From positions 1 to 64,000 of IMG/VR virus record IMGVR_UViG_3300010391_000273: a stretch of 64,000 nt of DNA, one strand, 5' to 3'. A program made the translations under genes and the position numbers. Source of the stretch: a virus. Shown piece after piece: positions 10,362 to 20,660 of this stretch (position 1 is the stretch's first letter; the number at the start of each line of letters is the position of its first letter). The notes beneath the pieces are model-generated. The model worked only from the letters and a program-made list of their open reading frames with translations, was not told the origin of the DNA and searched no databases.

Positions 10362-11527
10362 TAGCGACTCCTAATCGTTTGTAGAAGTTGATATACCATA
10401 GCACGATCTTCTGGAAGGATTGATCCTTCTTCTAAACCATGAGTAATAATATCCTCATTTGAAACTCCAGCTGGAGTAGTTTTTACAATAGTTTTTACTA
10501 GGTTACTAATATCTGATGGAAATCTACCATAGAGGCTATCCTCAAATTGAAGGAATTCTGCCTTGGCCTTTTCTGTAGGTTTTTTATCTGGAAGAAATCC
10601 AGATAAACCTCCAGGTTGAGTTGTTCCTAGCCCCCTAAGTTTAGCATATTGTCTGTCGTCAGTAGGAGTAATAATAGCTTTAGATCCAGATGTCGAAGGC
10701 TTAGCTCCTAATGAACCACCACCTGGAACAGTTTCAATAGTAAGTTTACCGTTACGCATAATGTAAACTTGTGAGGGAACAGGGTTTCCTTGAGCATCCA
10801 AAACAGGTCGATCTAGAAAAGTTCCATGATCTTGTGGAGGTTGTACCCTCTTTCTATTGGCATCTTCAGTCTGATATTGTGGAAAAGTACCTTTATATCC
10901 TTCTGACTTTGCATCTAAATATTCGACATAATTTGCTGAGTGTGCAGGTTCTTTACGTCCACCAATGATGTCCATGGATGGCTCTGAACCTGTGGCGAGT
11001 CTGTAAATGGCTGCACGTTGAGCAACGGTGTACTTCTTTTCAAAGTCTGGATCTTCGAGTTTAGCTTGAGCATCTTCTTGGAGTTTAGCCTTACGAATAG
11101 CTTCAATCTGAACTGGGAAACCCCTAAACTTTTTGGGCGTAGCAGGTTGAGATGGCCCTACCTCACCTGGTCCGAGGGGAACTGTTCCTGGTTGGCCTGG
11201 AATAACGAGGTTAGGCGCTTGCTGTTCAATAAAATTAGTATCTGAACCCGGAACCATATCTTGACCTGGGGTGAGCATGCTTCCTCGACGTTGAAGCTCT
11301 TGAACTTCTCTATCGGACTTGTCAGCAACCATTTTCTCCATCGTCGCTTGACGATAGAGGGCATTTGTCTTGGCGTTCTCATCCCGATCCCGAATTTGGG
11401 ACTCAATATTTCTATTATTAATCTCGTCCATCATAGCTTGACGCTTCTCTAGACGTCTAGTAGTCAAGATTTCGTCAAGTGTAGATCCAAGTGTATAAGG
11501 ATTATTAGAGTTTGATTGAATTGGCAT
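10361..11527 (-). CDS. internal virion/ejection protein
   Basis: Position, coiled-coil N-terminus, stop/start overlap with next gene. Confidence 0.6.
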   Translation of the reverse strand: MPIQSNSNNPYTLGSTLDEILTTRRLEKRQAMMDEINNRNIESQIRDRDENAKTNALYRQATMEKMVADKSDREVQELQRRGSMLTPGQDMVPGSDTNFIEQQAPNLVIPGQPGTVPLGPGEVGPSQPATPKKFRGFPVQIEAIRKAKLQEDAQAKLEDPDFEKKYTVAQRAAIYRLATGSEPSMDIIGGRKEPAHSANYVEYLDAKSEGYKGTFPQYQTEDANRKRVQPPQDHGTFLDRPVLDAQGNPVPSQVYIMRNGKLTIETVPGGGSLGAKPSTSGSKAIITPTDDRQYAKLRGLGTTQPGGLSGFLPDKKPTEKAKAEFLQFEDSLYGRFPSDISNLVKTIVKTTPAGVSNEDIITHGLEEGSILPEDRAMVYQLLQTIRSR

Positions 11528-11530
11528 GAG

Positions 11531-12607
11531 TTATCTTCCAAAGAATCGGCTAGCTAAATCTAAGCCAGTTAAAGCTCTTGATCCCCATTGAGCAGCCTTT
11601 TCTGTCTTCCCTGGTATAGCATAACCAGTTAGAGGTTGTGGAGTATAAGAACCTCCTGGAGCGAGTCTGGCTTGAAGTTGGGCTTGGAGAGTAGCGGCCC
11701 CGGCTTTTTCAGCATCAGAGGGAGCTATAGGGCCATAACCTAGATCCATTGGAGCATAAGTTTTATTATTTAGCGTCAAGGAAGGTGGAGTAAATTTAGA
11801 ACCACCACCCATGATATAACTTGTCTGTCCTAACTTACGCATTGCATCAGATTCATTCTGGTTTCGTCCAGTTTGTGCCTGTTGCATAAGCTGATCATAC
11901 TTCTGGGTGAAGTCACCTTGAGTATTACGATTGGTAGCTGCAGTGTTAGCCTCGCTATCAAATAACTTTGCAGCATCACCAAAAGTGGTACGATCAGTAT
12001 TTGGATTGCTACCTCTACCCATAAGCCGAGACAACCAGTTTCCACTTTCTCTAGCCCCATTTAAAGCTGAGGTTCCACCTACAGAAGGTGTTAGACCTGT
12101 AGGAAGTATGGATGATCCTGCTACAGTTTGTGTAGAGGGTAGTAAACCAGCCATTGTTGAACCAGCTCCAGTTGCAGACGCACCTACAGTTCCCGCCCCA
12201 ATCGAGGTACCCGCACCAGGCAATGTGGCACTGCCCAAACCTGACGTCACCCCCGCTTCCACCCCACCAACCCCGCCAGAAAACACGCCAGCCGCCCCCA
12301 TAGTGGCAAGTGTCGCCGCCGCGAGTCCGGCCACGATCAAGGTATTGCGAAGTTTATGCCCCTTGGGATTGAAGTTTCCGTGATCATCGACTTCCATATC
12401 CCCCTCATTGACCACATACCCATTCGCCTGGGCCATCCTCAGAATCTGCTGACTCTGACTCTTCGAGATGGTCGGATGTCCCGGATCTTGTCCCCACGCA
12501 CGCATCTGCTCTTGATACCAAGGCATCGCCCGCATGGCAATATTTGCCTGGTCAATCGTCGCTTCTGATGGTTTATTATAACCTAAGTTAGGCTGAGTTG
12601 TTGGCAT
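11531..12607 (-). CDS. internal virion/pilot (ejection) protein
   Basis: Hydrophobic Gly/Ala-rich segment followed by Gln-rich helix. Confidence 0.6.
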   Translation of the reverse strand: MPTTQPNLGYNKPSEATIDQANIAMRAMPWYQEQMRAWGQDPGHPTISKSQSQQILRMAQANGYVVNEGDMEVDDHGNFNPKGHKLRNTLIVAGLAAATLATMGAAGVFSGGVGGVEAGVTSGLGSATLPGAGTSIGAGTVGASATGAGSTMAGLLPSTQTVAGSSILPTGLTPSVGGTSALNGARESGNWLSRLMGRGSNPNTDRTTFGDAAKLFDSEANTAATNRNTQGDFTQKYDQLMQQAQTGRNQNESDAMRKLGQTSYIMGGGSKFTPPSLTLNNKTYAPMDLGYGPIAPSDAEKAGAATLQAQLQARLAPGGSYTPQPLTGYAIPGKTEKAAQWGSRALTGLDLASRFFGR

Positions 12608-12681
12608 TTAACGAGTCTCCGAGTTAAATTTCATATAATTATCTCTTAAGCTTTAAGACTATACTAGACTAGGCTTGATCA

Positions 12682-13809
12682 TTAACCAGTTGGATTTCGT
12701 CTTCGATCGTCCCAATAGTTTGCATTTTGAGTTGCTTGCTGGCCAAAGTTAGCAGCGAATTGGTCATTTTGTGAATTGATTCCCTGTTGCTGTAAGCCCT
12801 GAGATCCGAGGCCTAGGGCATAGTTACGATCTGAGTTAGTGTAACCTAGACCTAAATTACCCTGACCTAGCCAGAATTGGTTATTGACTCCCTTATTTCG
12901 AATTTGAGCGTCGATAAGGCCAAGCTCCTTTTGCAAGCCAAGTTGATCTTGTTGAGAAAGGAGCGAGCCTTGCTCTGAAAGGGCATTTTGAATCTCTTGT
13001 CTACGAGCATTTAACTCATTTTGCAGGAGTTGCGATTGAAATGATGCTGTGTTCTGTCCAGCCTTCTCATAGGCTCCTCGTGTTTCAGAGCTAGGATTAC
13101 CATATGCACCGCCCTGCTCAGCCATTTGAGCCAGATAATCTCGAACCCCGCGTGTCTGTGTATCCCGAAAGGCTTCAGTTTGACCTTTGATGACTGGATC
13201 ATTGGGATTAACACTCAGACTTTGATTAGCCCTTTCCATAAGAGTTCGGAAAAGCTGCGAATCTTGAGGACTTGGTAAATATTGGCTTCCAGGATCATTA
13301 AAATTGACTGGGTTACTTAAACTAGAAAATCCACCGAAGCCCCCCGAACCAAATCCACTTGAACTTCCACCGGGTGCAGAAGCATAACCACTATCATAAT
13401 TTGAAGATCCTGGGGCTCCTTGTCCACTTGTGGACCATGGACCTGTTCCTGGTGTGCCTGTTGGTTGATCTCTACCTGTGCCTGCTAGGTCAGCCGCGAG
13501 ACGGCCATTTTGAATTTCCGAGGGATGAGCAAGCCAATAGGCACGATCGGCAAACCCGCTTCCTTGACCACCGTCGGTGATGCCATATTGCTTGTAGAGA
13601 GCATCGATGCCATAGGGATCATTGGGAGGAGGAGTTGATCCTGGAGCTGGAGGAGTTGTAGGGGGAGGTGTTGCAGGTGGTGGGATAGGTGGAGGAAGAG
13701 GTGGCCTACGTCTCGATCCATCTGGCCCCACGATATCTGGATCTGGTGCCTGGATATTTGGATCAGTGTAGTCTTGATCAGCTCTGGTATTGTCGTTTAA
13801 AAATGCCAT
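12682..13809 (-). CDS. internal virion/ejection protein
   Basis: Pro-rich N-terminus, Gly/Gln/Asn-rich C-terminus. Confidence 0.6.
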   Translation of the reverse strand: MAFLNDNTRADQDYTDPNIQAPDPDIVGPDGSRRRPPLPPPIPPPATPPPTTPPAPGSTPPPNDPYGIDALYKQYGITDGGQGSGFADRAYWLAHPSEIQNGRLAADLAGTGRDQPTGTPGTGPWSTSGQGAPGSSNYDSGYASAPGGSSSGFGSGGFGGFSSLSNPVNFNDPGSQYLPSPQDSQLFRTLMERANQSLSVNPNDPVIKGQTEAFRDTQTRGVRDYLAQMAEQGGAYGNPSSETRGAYEKAGQNTASFQSQLLQNELNARRQEIQNALSEQGSLLSQQDQLGLQKELGLIDAQIRNKGVNNQFWLGQGNLGLGYTNSDRNYALGLGSQGLQQQGINSQNDQFAANFGQQATQNANYWDDRRRNPTG

Positions 13810-13989
13810 AATATTATTCCTATTCTTATACTAGTTAGATAGCCATTCCAGCATTCCATGCTAAGGCGCACTGCCGGGTAAGTTCATCCATTAGAAGACT
13901 TCGTTGCCCACACCAACTATGAAAGACGGCACCTGCACACATTAATTTTATTTATCTTCTACTGAGGATCTCGGCTTAGGAAATTGATA

Positions 13990-14607
13990 CTAAAAAACGA
14001 GAAACATCCGATTACTGGTTGAAGCCAACAGTGGTGCAAACGACGCGATGACCATATCATGATCAGCACCAACTTTTATGATACTCAAACTATAACTTCC
14101 AGCAGGTGTTTGAGCCGCGTTTGAATCAGACATTGAGAGTCCGCCTTGGGTCGTACGAATCGTCGTGTTGGCGCCTGCTGACTGTCCCCCTACGACGTTC
14201 CCTGAGACTGCGACCAGCCAACAGTTATCCAATACCGTTGTGACGGCAACAGTGATAGGGCTCCCCGTTGGAAGCGATCCGGTGTTGCTGGCATCCGGCA
14301 CACCTGTCGTTTTTGCTCCCGTATAGGACGTGGATCCTCCAGACGATGAAGCGGTTCCTCCGGTGAGAGACACCGTATTCGCGCCTGCAGTTGGATTGAC
14401 GAGATAGAACAGATACAACTCATTGGTGTGATTCGGCAAGACGATCTTGTTGATCTGGGTCATCGCCACACTGTTATAAGTGACACCCGTAATCAGATCA
14501 GTTGGGTGCTGACACCCCACGAACAACACCGAGGCTCCGGCGGCACACGTATGCGTCCAGGTTGCCCCACCATTCACGCCAGCTGTTGCATCAAAGGCAA
14601 TGGCCAT
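13990..14607 (-). CDS. tail fibre-associated beta-rich protein
   Basis: Start MAIAFD at 14607 coupled (TAATG) to upstream stop; Thr/Gly/Ala-rich. Confidence 0.6.
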   Translation of the reverse strand: MAIAFDATAGVNGGATWTHTCAAGASVLFVGCQHPTDLITGVTYNSVAMTQINKIVLPNHTNELYLFYLVNPTAGANTVSLTGGTASSSGGSTSYTGAKTTGVPDASNTGSLPTGSPITVAVTTVLDNCWLVAVSGNVVGGQSAGANTTIRTTQGGLSMSDSNAAQTPAGSYSLSIIKVGADHDMVIASFAPLLASTSNRMFLVF

Positions 14608-15521
14608 TAGAATCCCTTGGTGACTGCCACCACGTCCCAAAACGAATCGATACTACTATACACACATCCAATATAGTCGGTCTTCCCGGAGGCTGTTTGT
14701 GTCAATGCTGTGATGTCTGTTCCAAAGCGGAATCCGCCAGCTCCCGTGTTCAACGCAAGAGTTCTTGCACCCCCTGATGCAAGATGTCGAATGGTGATTT
14801 TCTGTCCATTTGTTGCATTAGACGGTACATCAATAGTACGATCTCCGGCAGCAGCAAGCGTAAAAACAGTTGCCAATGACGCATCAAGGGCAGGAGTGGC
14901 ACCATCCGAGAGTGCAACAACAATAGGAGCACCTGTTGCTACATAAGTAGGGAGAGCCGCTCCATTTGACTTGAGCAAATAACCACTAGTTCCCACACCC
15001 ACATTTTGCAGGGCTCCAGTAGCTGTGGTACCAGCTGCTACAAGTCCATAGGCGGTAGTGAGAGTTGCGAGGCCTGTTCCACCACCTACGACGCCTAGGA
15101 CCGCAAACGCGGGGTCCGCAGCCGCTCCACCGCTCACCAAAGGATGACCTGTAGTGCCAGCAGTTGTCACAACAACAGCCGCTCCAGCTTGTCCAAGGAG
15201 GACTCCATGATTCGTGAGGGTCGTGTCCCCTGTGCCACCTTGGGTGACTGGAAGGGTGCCACTGAAGGGAGGACCTGGAGGTCCCATCTCGCCCTGTTCA
15301 CCTTCTTCGCCCTCAAGTCCTTGAGGTCCTAAGCCTGGGGGACCTGTCGCGCCAGTGGATCCTGGGTTGGTATAAGACAAACCTGCCCATACCGTGGCAC
15401 CGTCGCCAATCTTGGTCTTGCCTGTATCGGTCTCGTATCCGATTTCACCGGCCAAGAGTGTGGGATCAGCTGCAGTCCATCCAGCAGCTGTGCCCCGTCG
15501 AACTTGAATTTGTACAGCCAT
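14607..15521 (-). CDS. tail fibre protein (Mtd/hyaluronidase-like N-terminus, short collagen repeat)
   Basis: IQVRRGTAAGW...GEIGYETDTGKTKIGDG; GxY repeats; LPVTQGGTG repeats. Confidence 0.8.
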   Translation of the reverse strand: MAVQIQVRRGTAAGWTAADPTLLAGEIGYETDTGKTKIGDGATVWAGLSYTNPGSTGATGPPGLGPQGLEGEEGEQGEMGPPGPPFSGTLPVTQGGTGDTTLTNHGVLLGQAGAAVVVTTAGTTGHPLVSGGAAADPAFAVLGVVGGGTGLATLTTAYGLVAAGTTATGALQNVGVGTSGYLLKSNGAALPTYVATGAPIVVALSDGATPALDASLATVFTLAAAGDRTIDVPSNATNGQKITIRHLASGGARTLALNTGAGGFRFGTDITALTQTASGKTDYIGCVYSSIDSFWDVVAVTKGF

Positions 15522-15530
15522 AGGTTACTC

Positions 15531-15869
15531 TTAGACGATGACCTTTTCACCTTCGACGGTAATCACCAGGGATGCCCCTGATCCGTCAAGACCAACAAGG
15601 AAGTCTGTGGAGAGCATTTTACACATACAGTAATAGTCAAATTCGCTGTTGGCTGCTACCGAGTGACCCTTGAAAAGTTCCGTACCAACAGTGGCCGTTC
15701 CAGTTGTGGTGCTCAAACAGAGTGTGAACGTAACCGCGCCTGCCGTTACATTCGCGACGTGGATATGCCGGATGACTGTATACTCTGTAGCGATTGCTGA
15801 GGTGTAGACGTTGGTCGCCGTCGCGGCGATGAATGCCGGTCCTGCTAGTTTCTTGATCTGTCCTGCCAT
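15531..15869 (-). CDS. small tail/virion structural protein
   Basis: Beta-rich ORF between fibre genes; AAGGA RBS. Confidence 0.65.
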   Translation of the reverse strand: MAGQIKKLAGPAFIAATATNVYTSAIATEYTVIRHIHVANVTAGAVTFTLCLSTTTGTATVGTELFKGHSVAANSEFDYYCMCKMLSTDFLVGLDGSGASLVITVEGEKVIV

Positions 15870-15923
15870 GTGTGTATTCCTTTAGTTTAAGAGTTTATGT
15901 TGGTTTACGTTTGGGATAGAGTA

Positions 15924-16814
15924 TTAGGGGGCTCCGCCGTCGAGGATATTATAACCAAAAAATGTGAAACCTGTGGGTGTACCACCATCGATCCAGACGG
16001 GATCAAGTTCACTACCGCTCCCACCACCAGTTGCTCCCGTAGGGCCTCGTGGTCCGATGGGGCCTGGGATGTAACTATCTTCTCCGTCTTCGCCATCGGG
16101 ACCCATAAGGCCCTGAAGACCCATCGGTCCTTGGAGCCCTGTGGCCCCTGTCAAACCTGTGGCACCGGGGGGACCCATCTCTCCAGGTTCGCCGTCGTCG
16201 CCATCTTGACCAGGGACGCCCATCAGCCCTTGGGGACCTGTTGCCCCCGCTACCCCAGCAGCGCCCGTTGTCCCAGCAGCTCCTGGAATCCCGATGCCAT
16301 CTTCTCCATCTTCACCAGGATCGCCAGGGAACCCCATGACGCCTTGGAGGCCCATGGGACCACGTGGACCAGGAATGATAGGAGCATCTTCTCCAGGTTC
16401 CCCATCTTGACTCATGCCATATATGTTGATGGCCGAAAGAGTTGTCCCAGATACTTGTAAACCACTTCCTATTGATAACTCTTGGAAGTCACCGGCACCA
16501 CTACTTCCACGCCCAACAATTTTGGCGCTTCCGGTGGCTGCGACGAGATTTTTGAAAGGGAGACGCCCTTTAACACCAGTTTCTAGATCTACCTGGTCCC
16601 AGAGTAGGGGATTATCTCCTGTCCCAGTGTTTGTAATCGAACGGGATTGAGGAGTAGAATCACCTTGGATGGTTCCTGGCTTGAGAAGATTTTTGTCTCC
16701 AAAGGTTTGGTTCCAGCGTTGGTTGATTGCTGATTCAATATGATCCAGATCGTCCCGGAGATAACCCCGAACACGTTCCCATGGACCATCAAGATATTTG
16801 AGTAGGCTAATCAT
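15924..16814 (-). CDS. collagen-repeat tail fibre protein
   Basis: Extended Gly-X-Y repeats in C-terminal half. Confidence 0.8.
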   Translation of the reverse strand: MISLLKYLDGPWERVRGYLRDDLDHIESAINQRWNQTFGDKNLLKPGTIQGDSTPQSRSITNTGTGDNPLLWDQVDLETGVKGRLPFKNLVAATGSAKIVGRGSSGAGDFQELSIGSGLQVSGTTLSAINIYGMSQDGEPGEDAPIIPGPRGPMGLQGVMGFPGDPGEDGEDGIGIPGAAGTTGAAGVAGATGPQGLMGVPGQDGDDGEPGEMGPPGATGLTGATGLQGPMGLQGLMGPDGEDGEDSYIPGPIGPRGPTGATGGGSGSELDPVWIDGGTPTGFTFFGYNILDGGAP

Positions 16815-16862
16815 ACTAGTTCCGCAAATGCCAAGTCAAGCCGCACGTGCGGCGAACCCAGG

Positions 16863-17849
16863 CTATGATCGTTCCTCTTCACGAGGATGAATATCTAGAC
16901 GATGAATTTGCCATCCCTCTGGGACCGACACCGTTGCAGGAGTAACATCAACGGAGCCAGAAGCAGCTAAGGCAAAACCATACACGTCCATTCCAACCGT
17001 GGCGATGATCGTTCCTAGATCTAACGTACCCACACCAAACGCACGAATGTGGCCTGACGCACTCGGAAACGTGGGATTAATGTTCGTTGACGTGTTACCC
17101 GTATGCCATGGGCCTCGCCATGCAGACTCGTTGCCTGCTGCTGTAAAAGGACGAGCGACAGCAAACGCTGGGGTAAACCCAAATCCCGAAACAGTAAGAA
17201 TTGATCCCGTGCCGGTTGTTTTATAGGTGCAAAAGAGATTACGGATTGGGTCACCCACAGGAATACTTAAAGCGACATAGTAGTGGGTAAAGCCCACCGT
17301 GTTGACGTTCGAGTCTGAGCTACAGGTAAAGGGTCCACCAAGTGACGTGATGAGATGTGTAAGCACCACAGCCGCGTTGAGCAGCACGACGGCCTGATCT
17401 GCTGTAAAGTCGTCCGAGCGCCATGCTGGCACCCCTTGGGCAAAAATCCACAGCTGGGTTAGGGGCACATAGGGACCGAGTAATCGTGTGAGATCGGCTG
17501 ATCCAACATAGGAACCCACATGCATATAGCGATTGTCACTGGTCGAGTCTCGGAGGACGATGGCTGTATACTTCGCGGCGGAAGTATTGACGAATGAGTT
17601 GGCACTATTTGTAACTGTAAAGCCGCCCGACACAAAGCTCATCACGCCGCCAAGTGTATCTGGGGTGGTTGTCGCATAGATGGTTCCTGGCATGTTGTTG
17701 GATCGAAATGTTGGAAGTTTGGTTATTTGGGGGAACACCCAAATGGCCACCACACCCGATGCCAAAGAGAAGGTGGTAGGAATCAGGCGGGCCGATGTGC
17801 CATCACCAGTCCATGTTACGATTTGTTGTTCCCATTTTCCTGTTGCCAT
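16863..17849 (-). CDS. tail-associated protein (putative receptor-binding) with C-terminal WQIHRLDIHPREEERS
   Basis: Repeated WTGDG/YVGS/TTGTG beta motifs; location in tail module. Confidence 0.6.
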   Translation of the reverse strand: MATGKWEQQIVTWTGDGTSARLIPTTFSLASGVVAIWVFPQITKLPTFRSNNMPGTIYATTTPDTLGGVMSFVSGGFTVTNSANSFVNTSAAKYTAIVLRDSTSDNRYMHVGSYVGSADLTRLLGPYVPLTQLWIFAQGVPAWRSDDFTADQAVVLLNAAVVLTHLITSLGGPFTCSSDSNVNTVGFTHYYVALSIPVGDPIRNLFCTYKTTGTGSILTVSGFGFTPAFAVARPFTAAGNESAWRGPWHTGNTSTNINPTFPSASGHIRAFGVGTLDLGTIIATVGMDVYGFALAASGSVDVTPATVSVPEGWQIHRLDIHPREEERS

Positions 17850-17932
17850 TTATCGAGTCTCCGAAATACAACCCATTTACAATAGTCCTGTGATTAAAAA
17901 TTCCATTTATTGAGTCTCCAAGGTAAATCTCA

Positions 17933-18727
17933 TTAGGATTGTTCCTCTACTCTTGGGTTAATTTCAAATCGATGGAGTTGCCACTGAGCAGGTATATTCA
18001 CGATTGTCGGTGTTGCATAGAGCAAAATGTTGTCAAGTGCCCCAAGTAGACCATAATAACCGAACCAAATTTCTCGTAATTCATTATTCGTGCGCCAGTC
18101 GATATATACGGCAAAGTTTGTGACACTAAAAACTTCTACCCCATTAATCGAGAGTTTTACCCAACCATCGGCAAGGACATCATTGAAATCTCCTACCACT
18201 GTCCCACATTGCCATGAGAGATCAAATGTGTAGGGTGTACCCGCGACGAATGGAAAGAGGATGTCTTGATCGTAGGTGGTCGTCCATCCCTGAATAACCA
18301 GGTTGATGGTGTGGGGTGGAGTTTGTGTTCGTACACCTACAACCATGGCTTGATGGTTAAATGTTCCTCGTAATTCTGTCGCAATATGATAAAAACCCAC
18401 ACCAAGAGAGGTGACATTTGGAGTATAGGTACTTGAGATGCACCCTGAAGTGGCGTTAAAGAGTGGGAAGCCATTTGGGGAGGCGACCACACTTTTAAGG
18501 GCTATACCACTTGTTTGGTAATCACCATATGTGCCACTCCAATCAGCTTGACCACTAGCGACCTTCATACTCTCAGCACCAACGATAGCCGGATATAAGG
18601 GATCATAGGCCGCAACACCTGGATTGGGACTTGTCGGCGTGTCATATACGTCCATTGAGGTGAATGTACTTGAACCCGCCGAGAAATCTTGTGAATACAA
18701 TAGAGGACCACTGCAGGGTGTTGACAT
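17933..18727 (-). CDS. tail-associated lectin/LamG-like protein with C-terminal WQLHRFEINPRVEEQS
   Basis: DGWVKLSINGVEV...LDNILL pattern of concanavalin-like fold. Confidence 0.55.
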   Translation of the reverse strand: MSTPCSGPLLYSQDFSAGSSTFTSMDVYDTPTSPNPGVAAYDPLYPAIVGAESMKVASGQADWSGTYGDYQTSGIALKSVVASPNGFPLFNATSGCISSTYTPNVTSLGVGFYHIATELRGTFNHQAMVVGVRTQTPPHTINLVIQGWTTTYDQDILFPFVAGTPYTFDLSWQCGTVVGDFNDVLADGWVKLSINGVEVFSVTNFAVYIDWRTNNELREIWFGYYGLLGALDNILLYATPTIVNIPAQWQLHRFEINPRVEEQS

Positions 18728-18768
18728 ATGAATAGGTTTCTGATGAGAGCGTGTGAAACCTTAGGTTT

Positions 18769-20653
18769 CTAGGCGTCCGTAATTTCCACTTGGAGTGTTG
18801 TAGCGTTGGACATAACTAAATCATCAAAACGCTTGATGACAAGAGATTCACTCCCGTCCGCTGCGAGATTTGTGGTAATGGAGTTTGTTTCAACCCCCAT
18901 ATCACGAATCAACTTGACCACCACGGAAAAAGAGGCATTGGCTGTGGCTAAGAGGGCTCCACGCATGGCTCCCCACCTATTTAAGAGGCCAACAGTAAAG
19001 AAGGGTCGTGTCCGAATCGTGGCCGTGTAGGCAATCGTCGCGTCGGTGGATTCCGTATCACATCTCTGAATGAAATCTGGTGATGTGAGGCCAATCCATG
19101 GACGTAGATATGATGCCGTGATCCCATTTACTGTTGTGGTCTCAGTTATAGCTGCTACAGCTTGGGCTTCTGCAATTCTTCCCGTTGCTGTAGACCACCC
19201 GCGTCCAGGACCTTCTGAAGTAGCCAGAACAATTTTTAGGTTTGGGACCAAGGCTCCATCAACAGATAACCACCAATGAACTTGGCCCTTATGGGGATAA
19301 AACATACTACGTGCGATAGGTGCGGCGAGTAGATTGACTCGTGCCCATGTTCCACGAAGACCAGGCATCGGCTCCAATCCCATGCTTCCAATCCGATAGG
19401 GACCAAGATAGGGATCAAGGAAATAAATACAGGATACACCATGCTCATCAATACCACGAACAATACTCCCAAGCACAGCTCCGATGACTTGACTCAAGGG
19501 GATGACATCATAGGCCCTATTGACATCTCCCGTGCGGACCATTTTATACACTTTATTCCATTTAAAGGCATAAAAGGTTCCAATAGCTCCAGAGGCGAGA
19601 CCTGTAAGGGGGCCTCCATCAAAATTGTCCAGATGGACCTTATTATCAATATCGACCGGGAGCCGCTCATCATTCCCAGCACCCGGATCATTGGTGACTG
19701 GCGTCCAAGAGATTGTGGATTCTGCAGCGGAATCCAAATAACTTCCTCCCATGATCAGGCGATCACCGTCTGCGATGATAAATCGTGCTCCTGGAATGAG
19801 TGCATAGGTGCCAATATCTTCAGAGAGAGTGCCCGTGGCGGCATAACCCGTGGCAAAGACGACCTCATCATTCACGGTGGTCGTAGCAATGACTGTTCGA
19901 GCAATCCGATAAAAGGTGGAGTTGTCCAGAGAGGCTTCCAGTTCCCAATGTGTTTCCCCTTCATTGATCAGACCGGGCATAGGAACCGTAAATCCTGCCC
20001 CTGTGCCGGGAGGTGTCGCGGAATGGGTGTTCCCCGGTTCACTCCGGCGTAGCACAGTCGTGCCACTCATTTCCACGAATCTGGAACGATACGTGCGTTG
20101 TCCAGAAAAGGTGCCCACACCTTCAGACGTAGGGACAGAACTGAGAAAGATGGGTTCAGCGAGTCCTGTACGCCGCAGGCTGGTTTTATCCCAGACATGA
20201 AGACGATCCAGGTCACTCCGATAAGCAAAGAATAATTTATTATTGAGGGCCTGTGAAATAACATCCTGCAGATCGGACTTGGAATAACTTCCTGTGGCCC
20301 CACCTGTGTGGAGGTGATCTTTGGGAACCACAGGAGCCCATGCAGCACCAACACGACGTGCCCACGACGAGGACGTAAAGAAGGTGGCCCCGATGGTCCA
20401 CACCTCGGGATTGGTGGTGTCGTTCCCTGGAAACCATTGGGAAAGATGAGCAATAAAGGCCTCTGTGATCAGGCCTGAACTCGTGAGATCAACTGGCGCA
20501 CATCCATTTCGGCGCTCGCCCAGCATAGAGGAAAAAAACTCCATTATTGGCAACGACACATTGATCGTTGGCCAGGGAGTTTGGTGGATCGCTATCGTTC
20601 AAACCTCCCCGCAAGGAGGTAATGGCAATGTCGTTTGATGCTCGTGAAGCCAT
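18769..20653 (-). CDS. tail nozzle/stabilisation protein (tubular protein B-like); apparent frameshift near 20535
   Basis: 596-aa ORF plus an upstream out-of-frame N-terminus MASRASNDIAITSLRGGLNDSDPP starting 7 nt after the adaptor stop. Confidence 0.7.
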
Positions 20654-20660
20654 AAATTAG

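Noticed and set aside
14607-15521. Diversity-generating retroelement suggested by Mtd-like N-terminus
   Set aside because: No reverse transcriptase or TR/VR pair differing at adenines seen in the window
18728-18771. Readthrough, bypass or splicing fusing the nozzle to the next ORF (hairpin GAAACCTAAGGTTTC, repeated AGAAACCTA)
   Set aside because: The gap is 41 nt (out of frame), there is no matching landing codon, and the U|...G excisions tried gave stops or the wrong frame
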